DNA of 36,297 bases, taken from positions 1 through 36,297 of the forward strand of contig JACNFT010000081.1 in NCBI GenBank assembly GCA_014384505.1, in the 5' to 3' direction. Both the position numbers and the translations under genes were made by a program. Below are positions 1 to 10,665 of the stretch, one piece after another; positions within the stretch are counted from its first letter, which is position 1; every line of letters begins with the position of its first letter. This DNA comes from Cryomorphaceae bacterium. Lineage in GTDB: Bacteria > Bacteroidota > Bacteroidia > Flavobacteriales > BACL11. The notes under the pieces are model-generated. The model saw only the letters and a list, made by a program, of their open reading frames with translations, was not told the DNA's origin and made no database searches.

Positions 1-2
1 AG

Positions 3-164
3 CAAATCAATAACGAAAAACTAAAAGCGATTACGGAACTTAAAAATCAAGTTGCTGATATGTCAATTGATATTGCTGAAAAGATTTTAAGATCAGAGCT
101 TTCTGATGTAAATAAGCAAAAAGAGTTAGTTGCTCAAGTATTAAAAAGTAACGAACTTAACTAG
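3..164 (+). CDS. atpF: ATP synthase F0 subunit b, 3' end (5'-truncated by window)
   Basis: Frame-3 translation QINNEKLKAITELKNQVADMSIDIAEKILRSELSDVNKQKELVAQVLKSNELN* resembles the subunit b C-terminus and lies directly upstream of atpH. Not in the ORF track. Confidence 0.92.
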   Translation, partial: QINNEKLKAITELKNQVADMSIDIAEKILRSELSDVNKQKELVAQVLKSNELN

Positions 165-170
165 TATATA

Positions 171-728
171 ATGAAGCATTCAAGAGTAACAATAAGATAC
201 GCAAAAGCTTTATTGCAATTAGCAATTGAGCAGAATATATTGGAGCAATCCTATGCAGATATGGTATTGCTTGATTCTGTTTTTAAGCAGAATAAAGACC
301 TTTCTTTATTGCTAAAAAGTCCTATTGTAAAGACCGATCAAAAACTAAGTATATTCAAACTGATTTTTGAGACAAAAATTGGAGAAGTTAGTATGGCCTT
401 TATTAACATAATTACAACTAAGAAAAGAGAGAGCTTACTCGCATTAATTGCAAGTAGTTTTATTAGTTTATATAAAGAACATAACAAAATTGAAACTGCT
501 TCAGTTATTACCGCAACTCCTTTGGATGAAACATTAAGAGCGGAGGTAATTAATTTTATTAAAAAACATGGTAATGATAATGTAGAGTTGACCGAAAAGG
601 TTGATGAAAACATTATTGGTGGTGCAATCATTAGAATGGGAGATAAGCAATTAGATGCAAGTGTGTCGAAAGCAATCTCTGAATTAAGACAATCATTTAA
701 CAGTAACCTGTATTTACAGGACTTCTAA
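171..728 (+). CDS. atpH: ATP synthase F1 subunit delta
   Basis: RYAKALL N-terminus, [26 protein letters not shown]; lies between atpF and atpA. Confidence 0.97.
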   Translation: MKHSRVTIRYAKALLQLAIEQNILEQSYADMVLLDSVFKQNKDLSLLLKSPIVKTDQKLSIFKLIFETKIGEVSMAFINIITTKKRESLLALIASSFISLYKEHNKIETASVITATPLDETLRAEVINFIKKHGNDNVELTEKVDENIIGGAIIRMGDKQLDASVSKAISELRQSFNSNLYLQDF

Positions 729-742
729 AAAAACACAAAAAA

Positions 743-2323
743 ATGGCAGAAGTAAAACCAGCTGAAGTATCAGCAATTTTAAGACAACAATTATCAGGAT
801 TTAAATCTGAAGCAGAACTACAAGAAGTAGGTACTGTATTACAGGTTGGAGATGGTATTGCTCGTATTTATGGGCTTACTAATGTTCAGTCAGGTGAGTT
901 AGTTGAATTCGAAAACGGACTAAAAGCAATTGTATTGAATCTTGAACAGGACAATGTTGGAGTTGTACTTTTAGGCCCATCAAAAGGGATTAAGGAAGGA
1001 GACACTGTAAAGAGAACAAAAAGAATTGCATCTATTAATGTAGGTGAAGGTATGCTGGGCAGAGTTGTTGATGGAATGGGTAATCCTATTGATGGAAAAG
1101 GACCTATTGCTGGAACAACTTACGAAATGCCAATTGAAAGAAAAGCACCTGGTGTAATTTATCGCCAACCTGTTGATGAACCTTTACAAACAGGATTGAA
1201 AGCTGTTGATGCCATGATTCCTGTAGGAAGAGGACAAAGAGAGTTGATTATTGGAGATAGACAAACAGGTAAAACAGCTGTTGCTATTGATACAATTATC
1301 AATCAAAAAGAATTTTATGATAAAGGAGAGCCTGTATTCTGTATTTATGTTGCAATCGGACAAAAAGCATCTACAGTAGCAGGTCTAGTTGATACTTTAG
1401 AAAAAGCTGGAGCTTTACCTTATACTGTAATTGTTGCAGCTAGTGCTTCTGACCCTGCTCCAATGCAGTTTTATGCACCATTGACAGGAGCATCTATTGG
1501 TGAATTCTTTAGAGATACTGGTCGTCCTGCATTAATTGTATTTGATGATTTATCAAAACAAGCAGTTGCTTACCGTGAGGTATCTTTATTGTTAAGAAGA
1601 CCTCCGGGACGTGAGGCATATCCTGGTGATGTATTTTATTTACATTCCAGGTTATTAGAGCGTGCTGCAAAAGTGATTAATGATGATACTATTGCTTCTC
1701 AAATGAATGACTTGCCAGAATCCCTAAAAGGAATTGTGAAAGGAGGTGGTTCATTAACAGCTTTACCAATTATTGAAACACAAGCAGGTGATGTATCAGC
1801 TTATATTCCTACTAATGTAATTTCAATTACAGATGGTCAAATTTTCTTAGAGTCTAATCTTTTCTTATCAGGTGTTCGTCCTGCAATTAATGTTGGTATT
1901 TCGGTATCAAGAGTTGGGGGTGCAGCACAAATTAAGTCAATGAAAAAGATTTCAGGGACTTTAAAATTGGATCAAGCACAATATAGAGAGCTTGAAGCTT
2001 TTGCTAAGTTTGGTTCTGATTTAGATGCGGCAACTAATGCTGTAATTGAAAAAGGAAAGCGTAATGTTGAAATTTTAAAGCAGGGACAATATTCACCTTT
2101 AAGAGTGGAGGAACAGGCTGCAATTATTTACTGTGGAACAAACGGATTGTTAATGAATGTCCCAGTAAATAAAATAAAAGAATTTGAAGGAGAATATCTT
2201 GCATTTTTACATGCTAAACATCAAGATGTGTTAGATGCTTTAGCTGCAGGAAAATTAACAGATGAAATTAAGTCAACTTTAGAGTCTGTAGCTGCTGATT
2301 TGTCTTCAAAATACGCAAAATAA
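743..2323 (+). CDS. atpA: ATP synthase F1 subunit alpha
   Basis: [11 protein letters not shown], Walker [44 protein letters not shown]. Confidence 0.99.
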   Translation: MAEVKPAEVSAILRQQLSGFKSEAELQEVGTVLQVGDGIARIYGLTNVQSGELVEFENGLKAIVLNLEQDNVGVVLLGPSKGIKEGDTVKRTKRIASINVGEGMLGRVVDGMGNPIDGKGPIAGTTYEMPIERKAPGVIYRQPVDEPLQTGLKAVDAMIPVGRGQRELIIGDRQTGKTAVAIDTIINQKEFYDKGEPVFCIYVAIGQKASTVAGLVDTLEKAGALPYTVIVAASASDPAPMQFYAPLTGASIGEFFRDTGRPALIVFDDLSKQAVAYREVSLLLRRPPGREAYPGDVFYLHSRLLERAAKVINDDTIASQMNDLPESLKGIVKGGGSLTALPIIETQAGDVSAYIPTNVISITDGQIFLESNLFLSGVRPAINVGISVSRVGGAAQIKSMKKISGTLKLDQAQYRELEAFAKFGSDLDAATNAVIEKGKRNVEILKQGQYSPLRVEEQAAIIYCGTNGLLMNVPVNKIKEFEGEYLAFLHAKHQDVLDALAAGKLTDEIKSTLESVAADLSSKYAK

Positions 2324-2326
2324 GCA

Positions 2327-3190
2327 ATGGCTAACTTAAAAGAAATAAGGTTAAGAATTACATCTGTTGGGTCAACTATGCAGATTACTTCTGCTATGAA
2401 AATGGTATCTGCAGCTAAGCTTAAAAGAGCGCAAGATGCAATTATTCAAATGCGACCTTATGCAAATAAGTTGACCGAATTATTAAAGAATTTAAGCGCT
2501 AGTTTGGATAGTTCTGATGGTGGAGTATACACTCAGGAGCGTGAAATTAAGAATGTACTTTTAGTAACGGTTACTTCTAACAGGGGTTTGTGTGGTGGTT
2601 TTAACGCCTACATCATGAAAAAAGCAAAAGCCCTGATTAATGAGGAGTATGCTAATGCTAACGTGAGTATTTTATCAATTGGTAAAAAATCTTCTGAGCA
2701 TTTTACTAAGAATGGCTTTAATGTTGCTAGTACACATGATGCTTTGTTTGGAGGCCTAACATTTGACAATGTTGCAATTGTTGCTGAAGGGATTATGGAG
2801 CAGTTTGTTAAAGGAGATTATGACAAAGTCGTGTTGGTTTATAATCAGTTTAAGAATGCGGCAACTCAAATTATTATGACCGAAAACTTTTTACCTGTTC
2901 AGGCAGCTGAAAATAACTCGGAAATTGTTGTTGATTATATTTTTGAACCAACCAAACAAGAGATTGTTGAGCAGTTGATTCCAAAATCATTAAAAACTCA
3001 GTTGTTTAAAGCGGTTTTAGATTCTCATGCTGCTGAACATGGAGCAAGAATGACTGCAATGCATAAGGCTACTGATAATGCTTCAGAACTTAAGAAAGAC
3101 TTAACTTTAACATATAATAAAGCGCGTCAAGCAGCTATTACTAATGAAATCCTTGAGATTGTAGGGGGTGCTGAAGCTTTAAGTGGATAA
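2327..3190 (+). CDS. atpG: ATP synthase F1 subunit gamma
   Basis: MANLKEIRLRI, QITSAMKMVSAAKL, RGLCGGFN, EHGARMTAM, RQAAITNEILEIVGG. Confidence 0.99.
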   Translation: MANLKEIRLRITSVGSTMQITSAMKMVSAAKLKRAQDAIIQMRPYANKLTELLKNLSASLDSSDGGVYTQEREIKNVLLVTVTSNRGLCGGFNAYIMKKAKALINEEYANANVSILSIGKKSSEHFTKNGFNVASTHDALFGGLTFDNVAIVAEGIMEQFVKGDYDKVVLVYNQFKNAATQIIMTENFLPVQAAENNSEIVVDYIFEPTKQEIVEQLIPKSLKTQLFKAVLDSHAAEHGARMTAMHKATDNASELKKDLTLTYNKARQAAITNEILEIVGGAEALSG

Positions 3191-3212
3191 ATAATATTAA
3201 AATAGAATTGTT

Positions 3213-3244
3213 AAAAACCCTCTTCCTTGGAAGAGGGTTTTTTT
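3213..3244 (+). terminator. Intrinsic terminator closing the atp operon
   Basis: AAAAACCCTCTTC-CTTG-GAAGAGGGTTTTTTT: perfect inverted repeat with a CUUG loop and a U-tract, 22 nt after the atpG stop. The A-tract on the 5' side makes it potentially bidirectional. Confidence 0.93.
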
Positions 3245-3266
3245 ATTTATACTCATTTGAATCTGC

Positions 3267-3274
3267 TATATTTG
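3267..3274 (+). promoter_or_regulatory. Bacteroidota primary-sigma -7 box (TATATTTG)
   Basis: Matches TAnnTTTG, between the atp terminator and the ATG at 3290. No clear -33 element. Confidence 0.65.
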
Positions 3275-3289
3275 TAAAAACTTAAAATC

Positions 3290-4063
3290 ATGATTTACAA
3301 TAATATATTAAGTGAGAATAAAGAAGGTATTTGTTACATCACAATCAATCGTCCAAAGCAATTGAACGCTTTAAATGGAGCTACAATTAATGAATTAAAC
3401 CAAGCTATTAGTGTTGCTGAAAAAGATACTGATGTAAGGTGTATTATTTTGACTGGTGCGGACACTAAGGCTTTTGTAGCGGGTGCTGATATTAAAGAAT
3501 TTGCTGCTTTTGATAAAAATGCTGGTGAAAATTTAGCTAGAAAAGGACAAGAATTATTATTTGATTTATTGGAAAACGCTTCTACCCCATCTATAGCTGC
3601 AATTAATGGTTTTGCGCTTGGTGGTGGATTAGAATTAGCTATGGCCTGTCATATTCGTATCGCATCAGCCAATGCTAAAATGGGTCTTCCTGAGGTTTCC
3701 TTGGGTGTTATTCCAGGTTATGGTGGTACGCAAAGGTTAGCGAGTTTAGTAGGTAAAGGAAAGGCTATGGAAATGATAACTACAGCAGGCATGTTATCGG
3801 CTACTGAGGCAAAAGAATGGGGATTAGTAAATCATGTTTGCTCCCAAGAAGAGTTAATACCTCTGGCTGAAAAATTAGCTTCAAAAATTAAGCGTAATTC
3901 CCCTATGGCAATTGCTAAGGCAATAAAATCGGTCAATGCTGGTTTTACTGATGGCGTAAATGGTTTTGAGGTTGAAATATCAGAATTTGGTTCTTGTTTT
4001 GAAACGCTAGAGTTTATTGAAGGAACTACTGCATTTATGGAAAAAAGAAAAGCAAAATTTTAA
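3290..4063 (+). CDS. Enoyl-CoA hydratase/isomerase (crotonase family)
   Basis: INRPKQLNAL, AFVAGADIKE, AINGFALGGGLELAMAC, GLPEVSLGVIPGYGGTQRL. Confidence 0.95.
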   Translation: MIYNNILSENKEGICYITINRPKQLNALNGATINELNQAISVAEKDTDVRCIILTGADTKAFVAGADIKEFAAFDKNAGENLARKGQELLFDLLENASTPSIAAINGFALGGGLELAMACHIRIASANAKMGLPEVSLGVIPGYGGTQRLASLVGKGKAMEMITTAGMLSATEAKEWGLVNHVCSQEELIPLAEKLASKIKRNSPMAIAKAIKSVNAGFTDGVNGFEVEISEFGSCFETLEFIEGTTAFMEKRKAKF

Positions 4064-5464
4064 TTGAATCCACTTAAAAAATTAGCGAGTCAAACTGCAA
4101 TTTATGGTTTGAGTAGTGTGGTAGGTAGGCTATTGAATTACCTACTTGTTCCTCTTTATACTCGTTATTTTTTACCAGCTGAATATGGGGTGGTTACTGA
4201 GCTTTATGCTTATGTTGCTTTCTTGGTTGTCATGTTAACTTATGGAATGGAAACTGCATTTTTTAGGTTTTCCAAAAAGGAAGAATCAACTAAAGTGTAT
4301 AGTACAACATTAATTTCGTTACTGATATCTTCTGTTGTATTTGTAGGTTTAATATTTCTGAATTCAAGTGCAATTTCTCAATGGTTAGGTTATGCTAATC
4401 ATCCTGAATATATTCAGTTTTTTGCTTTAATTATAGGAATGGATGCTGTTGCCTCTATTTCTTTTGCAAAATTAAGAGAGCAGGATAAAGCAATGCGTTT
4501 TGCTTTTATCAGGATAATTAATATTATGGTTAATATTGGACTGAATTTATATTTCATAGTCTACCAAGAGTACGGAATAGCCTATATTTTTATTGCAAAC
4601 TTAGTAGCTTCAGTTATTACACTGCTAATGCTTTTCCCCCAAATGATAAGTTCATCTTGGGTATTTGATAAAAAGTTATGGAAAAAAATGATGATTTATG
4701 CCTTACCGCTTCTTATTGCGGGCTTAGCAGGCATGACCAATGAAACGATTGATAGAATTTTATTAAAACATTTGTTACCCAACACTGATATGGCGGCTTC
4801 AGAATTAGGATTATATGGCGCTTTTTACAAACTTTCCATTATCATGATACTCTTTATTCAAACCTTTAGGTTTGCTGCTGAACCTTTCTTTTTTGCACAA
4901 GAAAAAGAGGGAAATAGCAGGAAAATTTATGCTGATGTCATGAAATATTTTACCATTATTATGGCAATTATATTTTTAGGTGTTACCATTTTTTATGATG
5001 TTCTAAAAGGATTTTTAGGTAGTGAATATCATGATGACAGAGGATTTTTAGTCGTGTCAATTTTATTGTTGGCTAATCTGTTTTTAGGAATTTATTATAA
5101 CTTGTCTATTTGGTATAAGCTTACTGAAAAAACAAAATATGGTGCTTACCTTTCTATTTTTGGTGCAATTATTACGCTTTCCCTTAACTTTACTCTTATT
5201 CCTGTGCTTGGTTTTGTTGGCTGTGCTTGGGCTACTTTAGTTTGTTATTTTAGCATGACAGTTGCTTCTTATTATTTAGGTAAAAGACACTTTTCTGTTC
5301 CTTATCAAGTAAAAAGAATTGCTTTGTATTTGTTTGGTATGCTTTGCATCTATTTCTGTATTTATTTCACCAATTTAAATATGTGGATTAATTCCTTATT
5401 CTTATTAGGATTTGTCATATTTGTCTATCGTTTAGAAAAACCCAAATTAGCATTAAAATTATGA
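4064..5464 (+). CDS. MOP-superfamily (Wzx/PST-like) oligosaccharide flippase
   Basis: TTG start directly after the previous TAA; many hydrophobic helices; N-terminal [28 protein letters not shown]; IDRILL..LGLYGA.YKL. Confidence 0.85.
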   Translation: MNPLKKLASQTAIYGLSSVVGRLLNYLLVPLYTRYFLPAEYGVVTELYAYVAFLVVMLTYGMETAFFRFSKKEESTKVYSTTLISLLISSVVFVGLIFLNSSAISQWLGYANHPEYIQFFALIIGMDAVASISFAKLREQDKAMRFAFIRIINIMVNIGLNLYFIVYQEYGIAYIFIANLVASVITLLMLFPQMISSSWVFDKKLWKKMMIYALPLLIAGLAGMTNETIDRILLKHLLPNTDMAASELGLYGAFYKLSIIMILFIQTFRFAAEPFFFAQEKEGNSRKIYADVMKYFTIIMAIIFLGVTIFYDVLKGFLGSEYHDDRGFLVVSILLLANLFLGIYYNLSIWYKLTEKTKYGAYLSIFGAIITLSLNFTLIPVLGFVGCAWATLVCYFSMTVASYYLGKRHFSVPYQVKRIALYLFGMLCIYFCIYFTNLNMWINSLFLLGFVIFVYRLEKPKLALKL

Positions 5465-5895
5465 ATGTAAAAGTTATCAATAAATCAAAGCATGCATTGC
5501 CTCACTATTCTACAATTGCTTCCGCAGGAATGGATTTAAGAGCAAATATTGATGAGTCAATTTCTTTAAAACCATTAGAAAGAACAATTGTAAAGACAGG
5601 GATTTTTATTGAGCTACCTTTAGGTTTTGAAGCGCAAGTTCGTCCTAGAAGTGGTTTGGCATTTAAAAATGGAATTTCTGTACTAAATTCACCAGGAACA
5701 ATTGATGCTGATTATAGAGGTGAGGTAGGTGTTATTTTGGTGAATTTATCAGCTGAAGAATTTATAATTGAAGATGGTGAGCGTATTGCTCAAATGGTAA
5801 TTGCTAAACATGAACAGGCGCAATGGATAGAAGTTGAAACATTAGAAAATTCAGAAAGAGGTGCTGGCGGTTTTGGTAGCACTGGTGTAAAATAA
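5461..5895 (+). CDS. dut: dUTP diphosphatase
   Basis: All five motifs present: [40 protein letters not shown]. Confidence 0.99.
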   Translation: MNVKVINKSKHALPHYSTIASAGMDLRANIDESISLKPLERTIVKTGIFIELPLGFEAQVRPRSGLAFKNGISVLNSPGTIDADYRGEVGVILVNLSAEEFIIEDGERIAQMVIAKHEQAQWIEVETLENSERGAGGFGSTGVK

Positions 5896-5907
5896 AAATA
5901 GTTAGAT

Positions 5908-6909
5908 ATGAAAATTATAGTTCCAATGGCGGGGAGAGGATCCCGATTAAGACCACACACATTAACTATTCCTAAGCCATTAATTCCAGTTGCAGGAAAG
6001 CCAATTGTACAAAGATTAGTAGAGGATATTGTAAAAGTATGCGGAAAAGAAGTTGATGAAATTGCATTTATTATTGGTGATTTTGGAAAAGAAGTAGAAG
6101 ATAATTTAGTTAAGATTGCGGAAGGTTTAGGAGCAAAAGGAAGTATCTATTATCAAGATAAACCCTTAGGAACAGCTCATGCAATTTTATGTGCACAAGA
6201 ATCCTTAGAAGGGAATTGTGTAGTTGCTTTTGCTGACACTTTATTCAAAGCTGATTTTACTTTAGATAGCAGTAAAGATGGTATTATTTGGGTAAGCCAA
6301 ATTGATGATCCATCAGCATTTGGAGTGGTAAAACTTAATGATGAAAATATAATTACCGACTTTGTAGAAAAGCCAGATACTTTTGTTTCTGACTTGGCGA
6401 TTATTGGAATCTATTATTTTAATGATGGTGAATATTTGAAAAATGAATTACAGTATTTGTTAGATAATAATATTAAAGATAAAGGAGAATATCAGTTGAC
6501 AAATGCATTGGAGAATATGAAAAATAAAGGAACTAAATTCTCTCCGGGAAAAGTAAACGAATGGTTGGATTGTGGAAATAAAGACGCAACTGTTTACACA
6601 AACGAAAGAGTATTAGAGCATAATGGAAATATAATTTCAGCTACTGCCCTAATTGAGAATTCTGAAATAATTGAACCTTGTTTTATTGGTGATAATGCTG
6701 TGATTAAGAATGCTAAAATAGGCCCTCATGTTGCCGTTGGAAGTAATACTATAATTAGTAATAGCACAATTAGTAAAACAATAATTCAAAATGAAAGTTC
6801 AATTGTTGATGCAAAATTGAATAATTCTATGATTGGAAATAAAGTAACATTTAATGGAAATAACATTCATCAAGAAGTAAGTATGGGTGATTTTTCAGAA
6901 GTTAAATAA
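5908..6909 (+). CDS. Sugar-phosphate nucleotidyltransferase with C-terminal hexapeptide/beta-helix-like tail
   Basis: MAGRGSRLRPHT..PKPLIPVAGKP, PLGTAHA, FVEKP, WLDCG, followed by repeated IGxN/IxNS hexapeptides. Substrate cannot be determined from sequence. Confidence 0.9.
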   Translation: MKIIVPMAGRGSRLRPHTLTIPKPLIPVAGKPIVQRLVEDIVKVCGKEVDEIAFIIGDFGKEVEDNLVKIAEGLGAKGSIYYQDKPLGTAHAILCAQESLEGNCVVAFADTLFKADFTLDSSKDGIIWVSQIDDPSAFGVVKLNDENIITDFVEKPDTFVSDLAIIGIYYFNDGEYLKNELQYLLDNNIKDKGEYQLTNALENMKNKGTKFSPGKVNEWLDCGNKDATVYTNERVLEHNGNIISATALIENSEIIEPCFIGDNAVIKNAKIGPHVAVGSNTIISNSTISKTIIQNESSIVDAKLNNSMIGNKVTFNGNNIHQEVSMGDFSEVK

Positions 6910-8654
6910 TGATGAAAAAGGTAATAATAATTATATTATGTCTATTGAATGTGCAGGCTTTTGCACAATGGAAATCCTATTACCCTGAAGGGAAAAACAA
7001 AAAAAATAAGGATGTTAAACAGGAAATTGACAAAAATAATTCCATTTTTAATACTCACTTTTTTGATGCTTTAAAAGAAAAATCTTTAGAGAATTATGAA
7101 GAGGCTTTAGAGCAGTTTCAGAAGTGCATAAAAATGGATGATAAACAAGCCCTTCCATTTTATGAGTCAGCACTGATAAATAAGGGGTTAGGAAATTTTG
7201 ATTTAGCAGTTGAGCAAGCCAAAATTGCTACAGGATTAGATGGTGATAACAGATGGTATCAGCTGAATTATGCTGAAGTTTTATTTGCTAATCAGAATTT
7301 TAATTCAGCAGCAGTTGAGTATGAAAAGCTATTACTTAAAGAGCCTGGAAATAGAGAATTCTACTTCCTGTTGTCCGACATGTATATTTATGCTAATGAT
7401 TTTCTGAAAGCGATTGAGGTTTATGATGATTTAGAACAGATAGGGGGAATCGATAAGATGGTTTCCATGCAGAAGCATAAGCTTTACATGCAATTGGATA
7501 AAAGGAAGTTTGCAATAAAGGAGTTGCAAAATTTATTAGAAAAATTTCCAAATGAGATTGAAGCTTTGGAGATTTTATCAGAATTATATTTATTAAATGA
7601 TGAAAAAGAAAAAGCATTTGATATTTTTAAGCAATTAGCAATTATTGCACCTGAAAATGGGAGAATTCATTTAACCTTAGCCGACTATTATCGTGATAAA
7701 GGGGATAACATAAAATCTTTTGAAGAGTTAAAATTAGCTTTTAAAAGTATAAAATTAGGTGTTGATATTAAGGTAAGCATCCTTGCGTCCTACTTTCAAT
7801 TGCTTGCTGTAAATAATATTATGAAAGAGCAGGCTTATACTTTAGCACAACTGTTAATTGAATCGCATCCTAATGAAGTTAAGCCTAATGCTGTTTATGC
7901 TGATATACTTTATACTGATAATCGTTTTACTGAGGCCAAAGAGCAGTATTTAATTGTTTTGGAAAAGGATAAAACTAAAAGTCAAGTTTGGAGTCAAGTA
8001 TTATTTATTCAGGCAGAACAAAATGATTTTGAGGGAATGCTTAAAACAAGTGAACAGGCACTAACCTATTTTTCAACTGATCCTTTATTTTATTATTTTA
8101 ATGGAGTTGCTAATAAATGGTTTAAAAACTATGATCTTGCTATCAATTCTTTAAATATGGGAGTTGAATTTGTTTTGGATAACAAGATGTTATTGCTAGA
8201 ATTTTATTCTTCATTGGCTGATTCCTACCATGCGATTAAAGAGCATAAATTATCTGACGAGTATTATGAAAAATCACTTGTAATTGATTCTAATAATGTT
8301 TTAGTCCTTAATAATTACGCCTATTATCTTTCACTTAGAAAGATAAATTTAGAGAAAGCTAAAAAAATGTCGTACAAGTGTAATGAGTTGGAGAAAGACA
8401 ATGGCACTTATCAGGATACTTATGCTTGGATTTTATATGAGTTAGCAGATTATGAACAAGCAAAAATTTGGATGAAAAAATCATTAGCTAACGGAAGTGA
8501 TGGGAGTGCAGTTGTAGTAGAGCATTATGGCGATATTTTATATAAATTAGGGAATGTTGAAGGTGCAATTATTGAATGGAAAAAAGCAAAAATTCTAGGA
8601 GAAGCAAGTAAGTTTTTAGATAAAAAAATTGAGGACGGTAAGTTGTATGAATAA
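6909..8654 (+). CDS. Exported tetratricopeptide-repeat protein
   Basis: Signal peptide (..VQAFA|Q); many TPR-like helical repeats; C-terminal LNNYAYYL..DTYAWILY..EHYGDILYKLG. Start may be 6909 or 6912. Confidence 0.88.
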   Translation: MMKKVIIIILCLLNVQAFAQWKSYYPEGKNKKNKDVKQEIDKNNSIFNTHFFDALKEKSLENYEEALEQFQKCIKMDDKQALPFYESALINKGLGNFDLAVEQAKIATGLDGDNRWYQLNYAEVLFANQNFNSAAVEYEKLLLKEPGNREFYFLLSDMYIYANDFLKAIEVYDDLEQIGGIDKMVSMQKHKLYMQLDKRKFAIKELQNLLEKFPNEIEALEILSELYLLNDEKEKAFDIFKQLAIIAPENGRIHLTLADYYRDKGDNIKSFEELKLAFKSIKLGVDIKVSILASYFQLLAVNNIMKEQAYTLAQLLIESHPNEVKPNAVYADILYTDNRFTEAKEQYLIVLEKDKTKSQVWSQVLFIQAEQNDFEGMLKTSEQALTYFSTDPLFYYFNGVANKWFKNYDLAINSLNMGVEFVLDNKMLLLEFYSSLADSYHAIKEHKLSDEYYEKSLVIDSNNVLVLNNYAYYLSLRKINLEKAKKMSYKCNELEKDNGTYQDTYAWILYELADYEQAKIWMKKSLANGSDGSAVVVEHYGDILYKLGNVEGAIIEWKKAKILGEASKFLDKKIEDGKLYE

Positions 8655-9384
8655 GATAGCACTATATTTTTTTTGTATTGTGTTTGCTTCATCCTGCGTT
8701 ATGAAAAATGTTACAGAGCTTAGTTTATCTATACCTCCAAAAAATGCAAAAGAATTAATTGCAAAGGTAAATTCAAAGAATAAATCTCCTGAGTGGTTGG
8801 CGTTAAAAGGAAAGGTAAGGTTGCTGCTTGAAAAGGACAATGAAGTTTCATTAGGAATTTCAATTAGAGTAAGAAAGGATAGTCTTATTTGGGCCTCTGT
8901 TACTGCTCCTTTTGGCATTGAACTCTTCAGAGCAGTACTAACAAAGGATTCGGTATATTATATCAATCGCACAAGCAAGACATATTTTGTAAAACCAATC
9001 GCTCACATTTCTAAAATAATAAAAACAGATATTGCTTTTAACGAAATTCAGGAAATGATAATGGTTACGCCTAAAATTGTAAAGAAGAAATATTCTTTTG
9101 ATAAGATTAATGATGATTTCATATTAAGCACACAAGATTATACCTATACTATTTCTAATTTCTACAGAATAAGGCAAGGAGTTTTTATTGATAATGAAAA
9201 TAGTTTAATCTATACCTACAGCAACTTTAGTTTTGAGAATGATTTTCCTGAACAGTTAGAACTTATAGTGAAATCAGCTTCTGAAAATGACTTTAATCTA
9301 AAACTAAACTATTCCAAAGTAGTTTTTGACCAGCAGCAGCAAACGCCTTTTAAAATACCAAGTTCTTATGTTGAGGCTAAATAA
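8647..9384 (+). CDS. DUF4292-like lipoprotein
   Basis: Probable start is ATG 8647, giving MNKIALYFFCIVFASS|C (lipobox); motifs IRVRKDSLIWAS..FGIE..R..LT.DSV and C-terminal PFKIPSSY; sits between the TPR and envC-like genes. Confidence 0.8.
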   Translation: MNKIALYFFCIVFASSCVMKNVTELSLSIPPKNAKELIAKVNSKNKSPEWLALKGKVRLLLEKDNEVSLGISIRVRKDSLIWASVTAPFGIELFRAVLTKDSVYYINRTSKTYFVKPIAHISKIIKTDIAFNEIQEMIMVTPKIVKKKYSFDKINDDFILSTQDYTYTISNFYRIRQGVFIDNENSLIYTYSNFSFENDFPEQLELIVKSASENDFNLKLNYSKVVFDQQQQTPFKIPSSYVEAK

Positions 9385-10621
9385 ATATATCTTTTTATTT
9401 TTAGGGATTTTCCTGAGTTTGTCAGTTTTTTCGCAAACTAAGGATGAGCTTAAAAAGCAGAAGTCAACTATAGAAAAAGAGATAAGTTATACCACTAATT
9501 TATTAAATAAAACTAAAGCGAATAAAAGCAAATCCTTAAGTTATCTGCTGGTGTTGGATATGCAAATTAGCAATAAAGAAAGCTTATTGAAAACCTTGAA
9601 TATTGAGATAAGTTTACTTGGTAATCAAATTAGAAAAACGGAACGTTCTATTATTGAAATTCAGCAATCCATTATTGATGAGCAGCAAGAACTTGTTTTG
9701 TTAAAAAGTGAATATGCTAAGATGATTTATGCGTGTTTTAAAGAAAAGGGAAATCGTAATGATTTGATATTTATTATTTCTGCAGAGGATTTTAATCAGG
9801 CCTATAAGCGAATGGTGTATTTAAAACAATACGCCTCTTTTCGTAAAAACCAGGTGGATAAAATTATTGAAAGTCAAAAAAACTTAGCCATTATGGAGGA
9901 TGTCTTAATCAAAAGAAAAAATCAACTAGATTTGGAGTTAGACTCTAAAAAGAATTTAATTGATGTTAAAAAACAAGAGCTAAATTCTATTAGTGACACG
10001 AAACAAGAAAAGCAAGAATTGGTCAATAACTTAAGTAAATCCGAAAAAGTATTTAAGAAACAATTGCAGGATAAACAAAAAACTGCAAAAGCTTTGGATG
10101 ACGAGATTCGCAAGATAATTGCTGAAGAAATCCGTAAAGCAAGAGAAGAAGCTGAAAAGAAAAACAAGGGTTTTGCCCTAACTCCAGAAGCAATGGCTTT
10201 GTCATCAGAGTTTAATAATAATAAAGGAAAATTACCTTGGCCATTGGAAAAAGGAGTAATTATACAAGGTTATGGCAAGCAAAAGCATTCTGTTCTTGCT
10301 GGAATCGAAACATTCAATAACGGAATTGATATTGTGACAGATGAAAATATGAATATCAGAGCTGTTTTTGACGGAACAGTTAGCAGAATATTTTTCATTA
10401 AAGGTGAGGGAAAAGCAATTTTGTTAAATCATGGTGAATATTTTACTGTCTATTCAGGGCTAAAAGAAGTTAGTGTTAAGGTAGGCGATAAGATGCTAGC
10501 TAAGGAGAAGATAGGAATAGTTTTTACACAAGAAATAGAAGAAAAAACTGAACTCCATTTTGAAATTTGGAAAGGTTATGATAAACAAGACCCTTCTAAA
10601 TGGTTATTTAAGGCTTATTAA
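9368..10621 (+). CDS. envC: EnvC-like murein hydrolase activator (coiled coil + degenerate M23 domain)
   Basis: Probable start is ATG 9368 with signal peptide (..SVFS|Q); long coiled coil; KGKLPWP, NNGIDI (Zn-ligand His lost), HGEYFTVYSGL, ELHFEIW. Confidence 0.85.
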   Translation: MLRLNKYIFLFLGIFLSLSVFSQTKDELKKQKSTIEKEISYTTNLLNKTKANKSKSLSYLLVLDMQISNKESLLKTLNIEISLLGNQIRKTERSIIEIQQSIIDEQQELVLLKSEYAKMIYACFKEKGNRNDLIFIISAEDFNQAYKRMVYLKQYASFRKNQVDKIIESQKNLAIMEDVLIKRKNQLDLELDSKKNLIDVKKQELNSISDTKQEKQELVNNLSKSEKVFKKQLQDKQKTAKALDDEIRKIIAEEIRKAREEAEKKNKGFALTPEAMALSSEFNNNKGKLPWPLEKGVIIQGYGKQKHSVLAGIETFNNGIDIVTDENMNIRAVFDGTVSRIFFIKGEGKAILLNHGEYFTVYSGLKEVSVKVGDKMLAKEKIGIVFTQEIEEKTELHFEIWKGYDKQDPSKWLFKAY

Positions 10622-10632
10622 ATCAAAATGCA

Positions 10633-10640
10633 TAGATTTG
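10633..10640 (+). promoter_or_regulatory. -7 promoter box (TAGATTTG) upstream of tatA
   Basis: TAnnTTTG followed by CA, inside the 44-nt gap between envC and tatA. Confidence 0.65.
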
Positions 10641-10665
10641 CATATTCAATTTAACAATTAAAATT

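Noticed and set aside
9368-10621. Loss of catalytic residues in the EnvC-like M23 domain as a novelty
   Set aside because: Catalytic degeneracy is the established hallmark of EnvC-type amidase activators.
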